Notes under the pieces: model-generated
Seen by the model: the letters and a program-made list of their open reading frames with translations, nothing else
Told to the model about the DNA's origin: nothing
Database searches by the model: none
Origin: Acidobacteriota bacterium
Lineage (GTDB): Bacteria > Acidobacteriota > UBA6911 > RPQK01 > JAJDTT01
Direction: 5' to 3'
Assembly (NCBI GenBank): GCA_965263035.1
Contig: OZ253580.1
Span: 4,974,168-5,038,167, forward strand
Length of the DNA: 64,000 nt
Translations under genes and position numbers: made by a program
Part shown: positions 39,291 through 47,894 of the stretch, in pieces
How the letters are laid out: every line of letters starts with the position of its first letter
How positions within the stretch are numbered: position 1 is the stretch's first letter

Positions 39291-39779
39291 ATGAAACTGC
39301 TGCCGCTGTTGACACTATTACTGCTGCCGGTGCACCAAGATGACGTCGTGCTCCTGTCACCAATGGAGTTCGAACACGCGCCCTTGGAAGTTCGCGAACA
39401 ACTCACCGAAATGGGCTGCTCCATACCCCAAGTCTCCGATTTGTATGAGGAGAGAGAACACAACATCATCTCCGGTCAGTTCGCTACACCAGAGCAAACA
39501 GACTGGGCCGCGATCTGTTACAAAGACGGAAAATCGGCAGTTGTCGTGTTGTGGGGCGGCCCGGTGAATTGCAGGTCGTGGATAAATGCTCCACGGAAAG
39601 GCTTCTGGATAGTGTTCGATCGCGTACTCTATAAATACCCGGCTTCGCGTAAGAGTCGGTATGGAGATGTTCCTGTAGTGCGAACACATGATGCAGTAAA
39701 CTACGCTATCTGGGGGAGAGGAGCGATTGCTTACTACTGCCACGAAGGAGAGTGGCTGGAGTTCATTACGTCGGACTAG
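39291..39779 (+). CDS. secreted hypothetical protein (162 aa)
   Basis: MKLLPLLTLLLLPVHQ is a signal peptide. The gene starts 29 nt after the endopeptidase gene and is followed by a terminator. Confidence 0.6.
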   Translation: MKLLPLLTLLLLPVHQDDVVLLSPMEFEHAPLEVREQLTEMGCSIPQVSDLYEEREHNIISGQFATPEQTDWAAICYKDGKSAVVVLWGGPVNCRSWINAPRKGFWIVFDRVLYKYPASRKSRYGDVPVVRTHDAVNYAIWGRGAIAYYCHEGEWLEFITSD

Positions 39780-39805
39780 CAACCAGCAGCAAGCAACACA
39801 AGAAA

Positions 39806-39833
39806 GGGTCGGCAGAAATGCCGGCCCTTTTTT
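39806..39833 (+). terminator. intrinsic terminator
   Basis: gggtcggca-gaaa-tgccggccc forms a 9-bp stem with one G-U pair and is followed by TTTTTT. Confidence 0.7.
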
Positions 39834-39884
39834 GTCTGCGTAAAACCCATAAACTCAAGGGTTTACGAGCAGGAATATGTCATG

Positions 39885-39939
39885 GTCCGCTGTCCGCTCG
39901 TCCCCCGTTCCGCTGCACGGTTGCATCCCCTGTCCGCTG
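39885..39939 (+). promoter_or_regulatory. cluster of four (G/T)TCCGCT(G/C) direct repeats upstream of the excisionase/integrase genes
   Basis: gtccgctg at 39885, gtccgctc at 39892, ttccgctg at 39908 and gtccgctg at 39932. These are candidate arm-type or operator sites. Confidence 0.3.
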
Positions 39940-40075
39940 AAACGCTGGTCGGCTATGAAAACCACCCAGTCCTCCATCAACTGCCGGCCGCGCCTCCCTT
40001 GACCGCTTAGGGGGCGTCCGTGCATTCGGCCGCCCAGTCACCCTGATCCAGGTACCCAACCGGAGGCTTTTCAGC

Positions 40076-40303
40076 GTGGCCGCCGCAGCCCAGTATCTGG
40101 GCAAGGCCATCGGCACGATTCGCAAATTGGCCGTTCTGAACGTCATCCAAGCCAGAGCCGAACTGGACACTGCCGGGCGCCGCCGCCGCGTCTTCGCACT
40201 GGAGGTCTTGAACGCCTACATCGATTCCCTGGAGCCGTGGTACGATTCGCCCCACGGCGAAGAACCCGGATCCAGAAAGGAGGAGATGCATGGGCATCTA
40301 TAA
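40076..40303 (+). CDS. excisionase/AlpA-like helix-turn-helix DNA-binding protein
   Basis: GTG start with GGAGG 9 nt upstream. AAAAQYLGKAIGTIRKLAVLNVI is HTH-like. The gene overlaps the integrase start. Confidence 0.55.
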   Translation: MAAAAQYLGKAIGTIRKLAVLNVIQARAELDTAGRRRRVFALEVLNAYIDSLEPWYDSPHGEEPGSRKEEMHGHL

Positions 40304-41375
40304 GGTGAAGGATCGCCGGGGGAGGAGACGATACGTCGTCAGCAAGTACTGGCCGAACGGATCCGGTCGGCTCCGAATGTACGCCCCCAACTACCGGAGC
40401 GCACAGGCGCTTCAAACACGAATCGAGTCCAGCATCCTGGACGGCACCTGGAAGCGGCTCAAGCAGGAACTCGCCGGCGGGAAACGCACCATCTGGACGG
40501 TGCACAGCTTCTACAAGCGTTTTCTCGAGGAGTATTGCAAACCTCGTATGCGCTCCTGGCGGAGCTATGAGGGTTCGTTCAAGAGCCTCAATGCCATGCT
40601 CGGGAACATTCCCCTGAAGGAGTTCCAACGCAAAGACCTGCACCGCTACGTCGCCCAGAGGAAGAAACAGGTCAAACCGGCCACGGTGAACCGTGCCATC
40701 GCCGCTATCAGCAAGCTGTTTTCCTACGCGCTGGAGTGCGGGGAAGTGGACACGCACCCGCTGGTGCGGTTTCCCAAACTGAAGGAGCCGAAGAAGGTCT
40801 TCCGGCCTTTGACGGTTCAACAGTTCCGCGACCTGGTCGAGGCGGTGGACAATCCGTACCTGCAAGCCATGATCGCGGTGATCGGCGAGACGGGGATTCG
40901 GAAAGGCGAGGCTTTGTCGCTCACCTGGAAACGGGTGGATTTGGGTCGCGGACTACTCTGGGTGGAACTCACCAAGAACGACGAGACGAGGGAGATTCCC
41001 CTGTCGAAGTACGCCACCGAATACCTGGCCGGGCTGGTTCGCTACCTGAACATCCCATACGTCTTCGTCAACAGCCGGACGGGGACGAGATGGGTGAATC
41101 CCGACAAGCCTCTGCGCCGGGCCGCCGAGAGGGTGGGGCTGAAGGTCGGATTTCACGATCTGAGGCGATTCCGCTGCAGCCACTGGTTGATGCAGGGTGT
41201 GGACGTGAGAACCGTCCAGAAGCTGATGGGTCACTCGGCCATCAGCACGACGATGCGCTACGCGGGGTACGTCAGTTCGCATGCGCTTGCCAGCATTCGG
41301 GAGGCACAGGCTCACGAAGACTCACAAACGCAACAGGCAACAAACAGGCAATGGGTAGGAAACAAGGGGCAATGA
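40290..41375 (+). CDS. tyrosine recombinase / phage-type integrase
   Basis: C-terminal catalytic region ...HDLRRFRCSHWLMQGVDVRTVQKLMGHSAISTTMRYAGY. An AAGGAGGAG Shine-Dalgarno precedes the start. Confidence 0.9.
   Translation: MGIYKVKDRRGRRRYVVSKYWPNGSGRLRMYAPNYRSAQALQTRIESSILDGTWKRLKQELAGGKRTIWTVHSFYKRFLEEYCKPRMRSWRSYEGSFKSLNAMLGNIPLKEFQRKDLHRYVAQRKKQVKPATVNRAIAAISKLFSYALECGEVDTHPLVRFPKLKEPKKVFRPLTVQQFRDLVEAVDNPYLQAMIAVIGETGIRKGEALSLTWKRVDLGRGLLWVELTKNDETREIPLSKYATEYLAGLVRYLNIPYVFVNSRTGTRWVNPDKPLRRAAERVGLKVGFHDLRRFRCSHWLMQGVDVRTVQKLMGHSAISTTMRYAGYVSSHALASIREAQAHEDSQTQQATNRQWVGNKGQ
41332..41350 (+). repeat. 19-bp direct repeat, candidate attR core (inside the last codons of the integrase gene)
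   Basis: Exact match to 35314-35332. Confidence 0.55.
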
Positions 41376-41495
41376 TTAGAGGGAATAATTGGGATAACCT
41401 GTTGAAACAAAAGGGCTGATCCCCTGTATTATCTAGACAGAGCAACGGATTTCCAATCGCCCATTCCTTCCCCGGTGGGCTCATGGACGCGATTT

Positions 41496-41525
41496 CGGAG
41501 TTCGGCGGTTGGAAACCGCCGCTCC
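41496..41525 (-). repeat. conserved 30-nt hairpin (family 3) directly after the MFS gene stop
   Basis: Minus strand GGAGCGGCGGTTTCCAACCGCCGAACTCC has an 8-bp stem CGGCGGTT/AACCGCCG. The same sequence recurs at 59525-59555. Confidence 0.6.
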
Positions 41526-42794
41526 TCAGGCGGCGATTCTTTCCGAATGGGCGTCCGATCCGGGACCGGTATCCGGCTCCCGGAAGACTCGCCAGAACAC
41601 AAGGGCACACAGGGCCGTAATGACCGCGGGGACGGCGAAGACGACATCGTAACGAGTCGTTTCGCCCACCGTAGCCACTTCCTTGAGCCAGCCCGAGAAC
41701 AGGCTCCCGAGAAAGAGGCCGATGCCCAGGACCGCCACGTTGATCAGCGACTGGGCCGAAGCGCGGATGTCGGCCGGCGCCACCATGTCCGTGTAGATGA
41801 ACGCCACCACAAAGAAGAAGACGTAGCAGAATCCGTGCAGGCTCAGTGAGCCCACGACGACCCAGACCAGCACCGGAGCGCTCTCGTACAGCGGCCAGGC
41901 GGCCGCGAAGATGACATACCGGACGGGCCAGGCCAGGATGCCCACCAGCATGGAGACTCGCACGCCCCAGCGGGAGAGGGCGTAGGGGAGGATCAGAGCC
42001 ATGGTGAAGATCTCGGCGATCTGTCCGATGGTCATCCAGGCAGGCAAATTCTCGGAGGTGATGCCCACCGCGGGACCGATGGTCTGAAGGTAGGGGAAGG
42101 TGAGGATGTAGTAGAGCTGGAGCTCGGTGGCCACGACGAAGGCAATGATGAAAAAGCTGAGGTAGTTCCGGTCCTTGAGCAGCGCGAACGACTTTCGGAA
42201 GGCCAGGGGGTCCGGAGCCTCCCGAGAGGGAGGCGTGTGGGGAAGCGCCAGAGAGAAGAGGCCCAGGATCAGGGAAAAACCGGCCGCCAGGACGAAGGTG
42301 TCGATATAGCCGGCCGCCTCGGTGTCGAACAGGACCCGCATCCCGGTCAGAGCCCAGTTGGCGCCGATCCAACCCAATGTGCCCCAGACTCGGATGGGAC
42401 CGAAGTCCCGCTGTCCGTCGGCCAGATGCTGAAAGGCCAGTGCATTGGTCAGGGCCAGGGTGGGTGCGAAGACCAGACAGTACAGGAGCATCATGATCAA
42501 CATGGCGCTCAGGGTCTCGGTGTAGGCCATCCAAAGCAGAAATCCCGCGCCCAGCAGATGAAAGATGGACAACGCCACCTGGGTAGGAAGCCAGCGGTCC
42601 GCCACCTGCCCTCCGGTGAACGGAGCCACCAGGTTGGCCAAGGGAAAGGCGGCGTAGATCAGTCCCAGACCCCATCCCGAGAACCCCAGTTGCACTTCCA
42701 GATACCCGGCCAGAGCCGGAGCCCAAGCCCCCCAGATGGCGTACTGCAGGAACATCATCAGGCCGAGCCGGGGATGGCTGAACATCCTTCTCAT
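41526..42794 (-). CDS. MFS transporter, nucleoside:H+ symporter-like
   Basis: MFLQYAIWGAWAPALAGYL...GGQVADRW resembles the NupG/YegT-type N-terminus. The protein has about 12 TM segments. Confidence 0.75.
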   Translation of the reverse strand: MRRMFSHPRLGLMMFLQYAIWGAWAPALAGYLEVQLGFSGWGLGLIYAAFPLANLVAPFTGGQVADRWLPTQVALSIFHLLGAGFLLWMAYTETLSAMLIMMLLYCLVFAPTLALTNALAFQHLADGQRDFGPIRVWGTLGWIGANWALTGMRVLFDTEAAGYIDTFVLAAGFSLILGLFSLALPHTPPSREAPDPLAFRKSFALLKDRNYLSFFIIAFVVATELQLYYILTFPYLQTIGPAVGITSENLPAWMTIGQIAEIFTMALILPYALSRWGVRVSMLVGILAWPVRYVIFAAAWPLYESAPVLVWVVVGSLSLHGFCYVFFFVVAFIYTDMVAPADIRASAQSLINVAVLGIGLFLGSLFSGWLKEVATVGETTRYDVVFAVPAVITALCALVFWRVFREPDTGPGSDAHSERIAA

Positions 42795-42839
42795 TGATCC
42801 CTCTCCTTCTTCCGAGTCAGTCGATCAGATCATTGACGG

Positions 42840-44003
42840 TCAGGGCAGGGACCCCACCTCGACGGTCAGGCTCCTGGGTTGGTCATCGCGACGTTCCCGG
42901 ATGTGGAGTTCGGCGCCATCGTATTCCGCGGACTCCACCCCCTGGAAATCGCCGGGGATCCGCGCCAGAAAAAGGATGTAGCTCCTGGTGTCCGTTTCCC
43001 CCGCATCCAGGTACTCGTAGACTCCTCTGTCCAGCACTTTGCCCAGTTGGAGCAGGGTTGGGAACGGTTGGTGGATCCCCGTGGTCCCGAACTCGAGCCC
43101 GCGAGCGCTCACTTTTCCCTGGTGCCGGTAACGCCACATGTTCAGCCACGGGTACTCGGAGATCTTCCAGAGATACCCCACCAGAAGGCCGGCGGAAGGC
43201 GTCGCGGCCGTCACCCAGCCGTACTCGACTCCGGGGTCGAAGATGAAGGCGGTGACATCGTGGCCCGAGGCGCCGTCTTCGGTGCCGCGGAAGAAACGAA
43301 GGTTCGCCGGCGTCCCCCCGATGGAGATCCGGGGCCAGCGGTCGGCGTCCTCCACCGATTCCGGTACCGGTTCTTCCTGGACCAGTCCATGGGAGGCGTT
43401 GCAGTCCACGATGGTGGTGTCGTCCAGGAAAGGAGGGGCGATGCTGGGATGTTGCACCAGGTTGTAGACTCGTCCCGCCGCCCGGATGTTGGTGACCTCT
43501 TCGGTCACCGTGAGGGACGCCTCCTTTTCCTGGAGCCGGACGGTTCGCTTCACTTCCATACCCGCCAGGGGAAGGGTGCATCCCATGCGGAGCCCATGGC
43601 CTGCGGGTTCATCGGCGGAAGGGTCGAGCCGTTCCCAGACCACTCGCGGGGCCTCTCCGTGGTAGGGCATCCCCATCTTCTCCTCGGCTGGAGATGGGGC
43701 GCCCCAGCGATCGAAGCAGACGAAATGCCCCTGCAGGTTCGGTCCGTCCGAATTCAACGGTTCGATGTCCTCCGTGGCTCGCCAGCTCAGCGGATTGACC
43801 GGGTGGTCCAGGAAGTGGATGTCGATGATGCCGCCGCCCCAGCGGTCCAGCGCGACCTGGGAAAGTCCATTCTTCAGGACCAACAACCGGGGTGCGGGCG
43901 CCGGCTCTTCCGGGGGAGGCGTGCAACTGGACAGTCCGGCCAGAATCACCAAGACCAGTCCCAGCCATAGAGGGTCGAGAAATTCCAGTGTCTTCAAGAT
44001 CAT
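42840..44003 (-). CDS. galactose-mutarotase-like (aldose 1-epimerase superfamily) lipoprotein
   Basis: Lipobox LAGLSSC. HGEAPRVVWE, NLVQHP and LEFGTTG patterns resemble the mutarotase fold. I place the start at M22 of the track ORF. Confidence 0.45.
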   Translation of the reverse strand: MILKTLEFLDPLWLGLVLVILAGLSSCTPPPEEPAPAPRLLVLKNGLSQVALDRWGGGIIDIHFLDHPVNPLSWRATEDIEPLNSDGPNLQGHFVCFDRWGAPSPAEEKMGMPYHGEAPRVVWERLDPSADEPAGHGLRMGCTLPLAGMEVKRTVRLQEKEASLTVTEEVTNIRAAGRVYNLVQHPSIAPPFLDDTTIVDCNASHGLVQEEPVPESVEDADRWPRISIGGTPANLRFFRGTEDGASGHDVTAFIFDPGVEYGWVTAATPSAGLLVGYLWKISEYPWLNMWRYRHQGKVSARGLEFGTTGIHQPFPTLLQLGKVLDRGVYEYLDAGETDTRSYILFLARIPGDFQGVESAEYDGAELHIRERRDDQPRSLTVEVGSLP

Positions 44004-44106
44004 GGTCGTGCTCTCCTGGCAGCAGCCTGCGGCCGATATCGCCGCCGAACTCGGCCGGCGCTGCATCCCGGCCGGATACGGGACAGGATGGCGACAAGGG
44101 CCACCC

Positions 44107-45153
44107 CTATAAAGTTTGCCCCTCGTTCTGTTCCTTCCAAAGCACCAGCCGCCGGGACAGTTGACGGCGCGTCGCCGTGCCGGTCACGGACAGTTGCCGG
44201 ATCGTGACCGAAGCCGCCAGATTGCCCACCAGGGCAGCTTCAGGGAGGCTCGCGCCGCTGCACAGCGCCAACACCGCGCCGGCGGTGAAGCTGTCGCCCG
44301 CGCCGGTCACGTCCAGCGGTCCTTCGACCTGGACGGCCGGCACCCGCGCTATCTCCGGGTCGGTCACCAGGGCTCCCGCATCACCCAAGGTCACGCAGAT
44401 GGGGGCGCCGGCCCTTCTCCGGAACCGGGGCAGGATCCGCCGGATGGATTCGACGGGGACCTTCTCTCCGGGTCCGGGGCTGGCGCACCGGATCGCCTCG
44501 AACTGATTCGGCTTCAGGATCATCCGGCGGAAGCGGTGGATCTGGGCCCGGCTGTCGGCCCAGAAGACGACCCGAGGGTGACGATGGGCCAGATCCGCCA
44601 AGCCGTCGCGGACCCTTTCGGTCACGACGCCCAACTCCGGTTCTTCCACCTGATCCTCGATGATGACCGCGTCGACGCGATCCAGCAAACCTTCCAGATC
44701 AGCCAACATCTCCTGCAGGAGATCCGGGGAGGTGGGGGCTCGGTTCCGGATGTCATAGCGCTCGTGTTCTCCGGAAAGACCCGTCCGGGACGAGTCCCTC
44801 GGCTTCAGGTAGGTGGGAGTCAGGTATGCCTTCCGGCGCCGCAATCCCCGGGTCGTGCAACCGATACGGTCCAGACATTGTCTCAACTCGAATCCGTGGC
44901 CGTCATCTCCCGTGATTCCCAGCGCGTGGATCCGGTCGCAGCCCAGCGACGCCAGGTTGTTCACCGCCGTTCCGGCGGCGCCGGGACTGGAGCGTACGGC
45001 GGCAACTTGGTGGGCTCTCTTTCCCGTCTCCAGACTTCGCTCCTCCAAGGCCGGGTCGACGTCCAGATACTGGTCCAGAAAGAAATCCCCCAAGACGGCG
45101 ACCCGACAGGAGGGGAACCGGTCCGTCAGTTCTGCCAGCCTCGAACTCCTCAT
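44107..45153 (-). CDS. PfkB-family sugar kinase (RfaE/HldE kinase-domain-like)
   Basis: VAVLGDFFLDQY...SSPGAAGTAVNNLASLG...DVTGAGDSFTAG. The start overlaps the upstream gene's stop (ATGA). The rest of the 737-aa track ORF is out-of-frame read-through. Confidence 0.8.
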   Translation of the reverse strand: MRSSRLAELTDRFPSCRVAVLGDFFLDQYLDVDPALEERSLETGKRAHQVAAVRSSPGAAGTAVNNLASLGCDRIHALGITGDDGHGFELRQCLDRIGCTTRGLRRRKAYLTPTYLKPRDSSRTGLSGEHERYDIRNRAPTSPDLLQEMLADLEGLLDRVDAVIIEDQVEEPELGVVTERVRDGLADLAHRHPRVVFWADSRAQIHRFRRMILKPNQFEAIRCASPGPGEKVPVESIRRILPRFRRRAGAPICVTLGDAGALVTDPEIARVPAVQVEGPLDVTGAGDSFTAGAVLALCSGASLPEAALVGNLAASVTIRQLSVTGTATRRQLSRRLVLWKEQNEGQTL

Positions 45154-46154
45154 GACTCCGAGTAGCGACCGCGTCGGGCAAGCTCGCCGGCCTGGAGCCG
45201 GTCGAGGACCAGATCGTAAAGGGCAGGAACCGTCGCCGCATGGTTCCCTTGCACGTAGAAGCTCTCCCCGCCGTCGGCCACGGTTCGTACCAGGATGGTC
45301 TTGAAAGGCCGGAAGTAGTATCTGGGGTCCGACTTGCCGGCCTCCCGGGAGGTGTCCCCCAGAGGGACCAGGTCGAAGACGGCAGTGGTGAAGTTGGCGA
45401 TGCGCCGGCCTTCCCGGTGAGCGACGTTTCGGGCCATGGCCAGGGCCTTCAGGTAGATCTCCGGTCCCATGACGGCGGACCCGATGTTGAGGAAGATTCC
45501 CCCCTCCAGTTGGGCCACCGATTCGGCGAAGATCAGGAAGTCGGTATAGGAGGCCGCCCCGGTGGCGGCTCCATCGAATCCCGGATGCTGGTGGACGATG
45601 TCCTGGCCGATGGAGACATGGACCGTGGCCGGGACCCCGAGCCGGTAGGCCGCGGCCAAAACGCTCTGGTTCCGGTAGGGGAGGGACTCCTCCTGGATCA
45701 TTCGTCCCACCGCCTCCCCCAAGCCGATTCGTTCTCGCGCCGCAGCCGACGCAGCCTCGTTGATGCGCCCGGTCTCCTGCCAGAGTCCGAACTGCCCTTC
45801 GGCTACGTAACGGGCCACACTCTCGCAGGTCTCGTCCACCAGCGCCAGTTCGAAGTCGTGAATGGCTCCGGCGCCATTGAGGGCCAAATGACCGAGGACT
45901 CCCCGCTCCATGAGATCGATGAGCAGCGGAGCGTTGCCCTCCCGCAGGACATGGGCGCCGCAGGCGAAGATGACGGATCGGCCCGCTTGTGAGGCGTCCA
46001 CCATGCGCCGGGCCAGTGTGGGCAGTGCCGGATGCTCGAAGGGCTCTCGATCCCCTCCCGGAGTCTTCAGCACGTCCTCTGCCTTCAGGTCGTGGGTACG
46101 CCGGCTCAGGGGGAGAAGCCGCAGGCGGCTGCGGTCGAACTGGGGGAAGGGCAA
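45150..46154 (-). CDS. deoxyhypusine-synthase-like (DHS-fold) protein of unknown function
   Basis: ACGAHVLREGNAPLLIDLMERGVLGHLALNGAGAIHDFELAL parallels the DHS segment ..[33 protein letters not shown]. The later segments are also collinear. Confidence 0.5.
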   Translation of the reverse strand: MPFPQFDRSRLRLLPLSRRTHDLKAEDVLKTPGGDREPFEHPALPTLARRMVDASQAGRSVIFACGAHVLREGNAPLLIDLMERGVLGHLALNGAGAIHDFELALVDETCESVARYVAEGQFGLWQETGRINEAASAAARERIGLGEAVGRMIQEESLPYRNQSVLAAAYRLGVPATVHVSIGQDIVHQHPGFDGAATGAASYTDFLIFAESVAQLEGGIFLNIGSAVMGPEIYLKALAMARNVAHREGRRIANFTTAVFDLVPLGDTSREAGKSDPRYYFRPFKTILVRTVADGGESFYVQGNHAATVPALYDLVLDRLQAGELARRGRYSES

Positions 46155-46157
46155 TCT

Positions 46158-47015
46158 TCACGCTCGCTGGAAGAGGCAGCGGATGAGGACTCTCCAGTCC
46201 CGGAAGTCGGGAACCAAGAGGTCGGCGCCCGCCGCGCTCAACCGGGTTCGTTTCCAAGGGTCGGGAGCGCCGCCGGGATTGGCTTCGTCGGTGGCTAGGG
46301 CAACGGCGATCCCGCCGCACGATTTCACGTTCTCGATCTCCACGTAGCCGTCCCCGAATCCCACCAGAGAGGCGCCGTCGATCCGGTGCTCCCGGAGGAT
46401 TCGTTCGATGACCCTTCGCTTGGAGTGGTTCGCGTAGTCTTCCCGGGCGCCGTAGATGTGGTTTCCGAAGAATCCGTCCAACTCCAGGAGGCGAGCTTCT
46501 TCGCGGACGTACTGCTCATCGGTACCGCTGGCCAGGTAGAGTTGGACGTCCCGCTCCCGGAGGGCGCGCAACATCCGGACCGTTCCCGGAACCAGATAGT
46601 CGGCGGGGCGGGCCTTGCCGGTGCGCAGGCGCCGGCGCCGGTGGCGGATCTTCTCCATCAGAAGGTCCAGATACCGGCTCTTGTATTCCTGGGGATCAGC
46701 AGGTGTGCCCCCTCTTTTTTCCAACTCCTTCGCCAGCCGGATCATCTGATAGATGGTCTGCCGGCCCGTCAGCTCGGTGACGAAGTCGGTGACCACACGC
46801 TCCAACTCCTCATCGCTTTCGCCGGTGCCGCTCTGCTTCAGGATGGCCACCATCATGGGGGTCATGACCTGGGGCCAACCTTCGCGGATCAGGCTGAGGG
46901 TGCCGTCGAAGTCGAAAAGGGCGCAACGGGGGGGCTGGGTCCGGGAGACGTCCCGGAGCACCTCGACGGTGGACCCCTCCAGAAAACCCGGCGTCGCAGA
47001 AGTCGTCAGCGCCAT
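46158..47015 (-). CDS. HAD-superfamily hydrolase/phosphatase
   Basis: CALFDFDGTLS carries the DxDxT motif; 285 aa. Confidence 0.8.
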   Translation of the reverse strand: MALTTSATPGFLEGSTVEVLRDVSRTQPPRCALFDFDGTLSLIREGWPQVMTPMMVAILKQSGTGESDEELERVVTDFVTELTGRQTIYQMIRLAKELEKRGGTPADPQEYKSRYLDLLMEKIRHRRRRLRTGKARPADYLVPGTVRMLRALRERDVQLYLASGTDEQYVREEARLLELDGFFGNHIYGAREDYANHSKRRVIERILREHRIDGASLVGFGDGYVEIENVKSCGGIAVALATDEANPGGAPDPWKRTRLSAAGADLLVPDFRDWRVLIRCLFQRA

Positions 47016-47164
47016 GATGAAGAAAAGGATACCGTCAAAGATCAGCGGATGCGAACTTGTCCACCCCCGGTTTCGAGGCGGTGCGGGACGGGCGAATCCG
47101 TTGTGTTCCAGGGACCGGTGACGGCCTTGTGAGGCGCAGCCGACTGGGCTATGGTGATCCGGCG

Positions 47165-47662
47165 ATGTCTCGGGAACCGGACGAAGACCGAAGCTGGCGA
47201 GGGAAGGTGGGGAAGCTGTCCCTGGAGGAACTGGAGGAATTCCTTTCCGGAGACCCCATTTGCCGGCTCGGTTGTCTGGACCGGGAGGGGTGGCCCTACG
47301 TGGTGCCGTGCTGGTTCGAGTACCGGGACGGAGGCTTCTACATCATTCCACGAGCCCGTTCCGCCTGGGCCAGGCACATTCAGCGGGAGCCCCGGGTGTT
47401 TCTGTGCATCGATGACTCCACCCGTTACAATCGGAGGGTTCTGGTGCGGGGCGAGGCTGAGGTCATGGAAGAGCCCAACGTGGGGGGAAGATGGGTCGAG
47501 ATCGCCCGCAGAATGTCGCTGCGCTATCTGGGAGACCGGGGCCCGGACTATCTGGTTCCGACTCTGAACGAGCCCAGATGGCTGTTGTTTGTCCTACCCC
47601 GCAAGCTCATGAGCTGGCAAGGGGTCGATTGGGCCAAACGATACAAGCACCGCGAATGGTAG
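47165..47662 (+). CDS. pyridoxamine 5'-phosphate oxidase-family (split-barrel flavin/F420-binding) protein
   Basis: ICRLGCLDREGWPYVVPCWFEYRDGGFYIIPRARSAW..RRVLVRGEAE. The start is ATG 47165 (M37 of the track ORF). Confidence 0.7.
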   Translation: MSREPDEDRSWRGKVGKLSLEELEEFLSGDPICRLGCLDREGWPYVVPCWFEYRDGGFYIIPRARSAWARHIQREPRVFLCIDDSTRYNRRVLVRGEAEVMEEPNVGGRWVEIARRMSLRYLGDRGPDYLVPTLNEPRWLLFVLPRKLMSWQGVDWAKRYKHREW

Positions 47663-47696
47663 CGGCCTTCGGTCGCCACCGTTCGAGGAGGTTTTT

Positions 47697-47856
47697 CAGT
47701 CCGTGGTGAAAGTCCCGCGTAGCACCGAAACCGGGGCTGCGCCCGCCGGACAAGGCGCTCTGAGGGAGCATACCGGGAGTATGTGACCGAGGAGCAACGC
47801 AGTCCGCGCACGATGCAGACCCGGTCGAATGCCGCGCCGACTTTTGCCACGGGCTG
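47697..47856 (+). repeat. family-1 MITE-like element, copy E
   Basis: Full-length copy downstream of the PNPOx-family gene. It carries paired changes in both hairpin arms relative to copy A. Confidence 0.8.
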
Positions 47857-47894
47857 ATATGTAGCTGATTGTTGGATTTTTTCAGGAGGACGCC

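Larger units (their letters stand above)
35314..41350 (+). mobile_element. candidate integrative islet (about 6 kb) bounded by a 19-bp direct repeat
   Basis: AACAGGCAACAAACAGGCA occurs at 35314-35332 and 41332-41350. Integrase and excisionase-like genes sit at the right end. The interior looks AT-richer and carries an IS and hypothetical cargo. Confidence 0.55.

Noticed and set aside
45154-46320. A 737-aa fusion ORF (44107..46320) that extends the kinase upstream.
   Set aside because: The upstream roughly 390 aa are Arg/Pro/Gly-rich out-of-frame read-through over the DHS-like gene. The kinase has its own ATG at 45153, in an ATGA overlap with that gene's stop.
4439-47856. Interpreting the repeated elements as a CRISPR array.
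   Set aside because: The copies are about 160 nt long, internally palindromic, kilobases apart, and sit in both orientations. There is no regular repeat-spacer periodicity and no cas genes.
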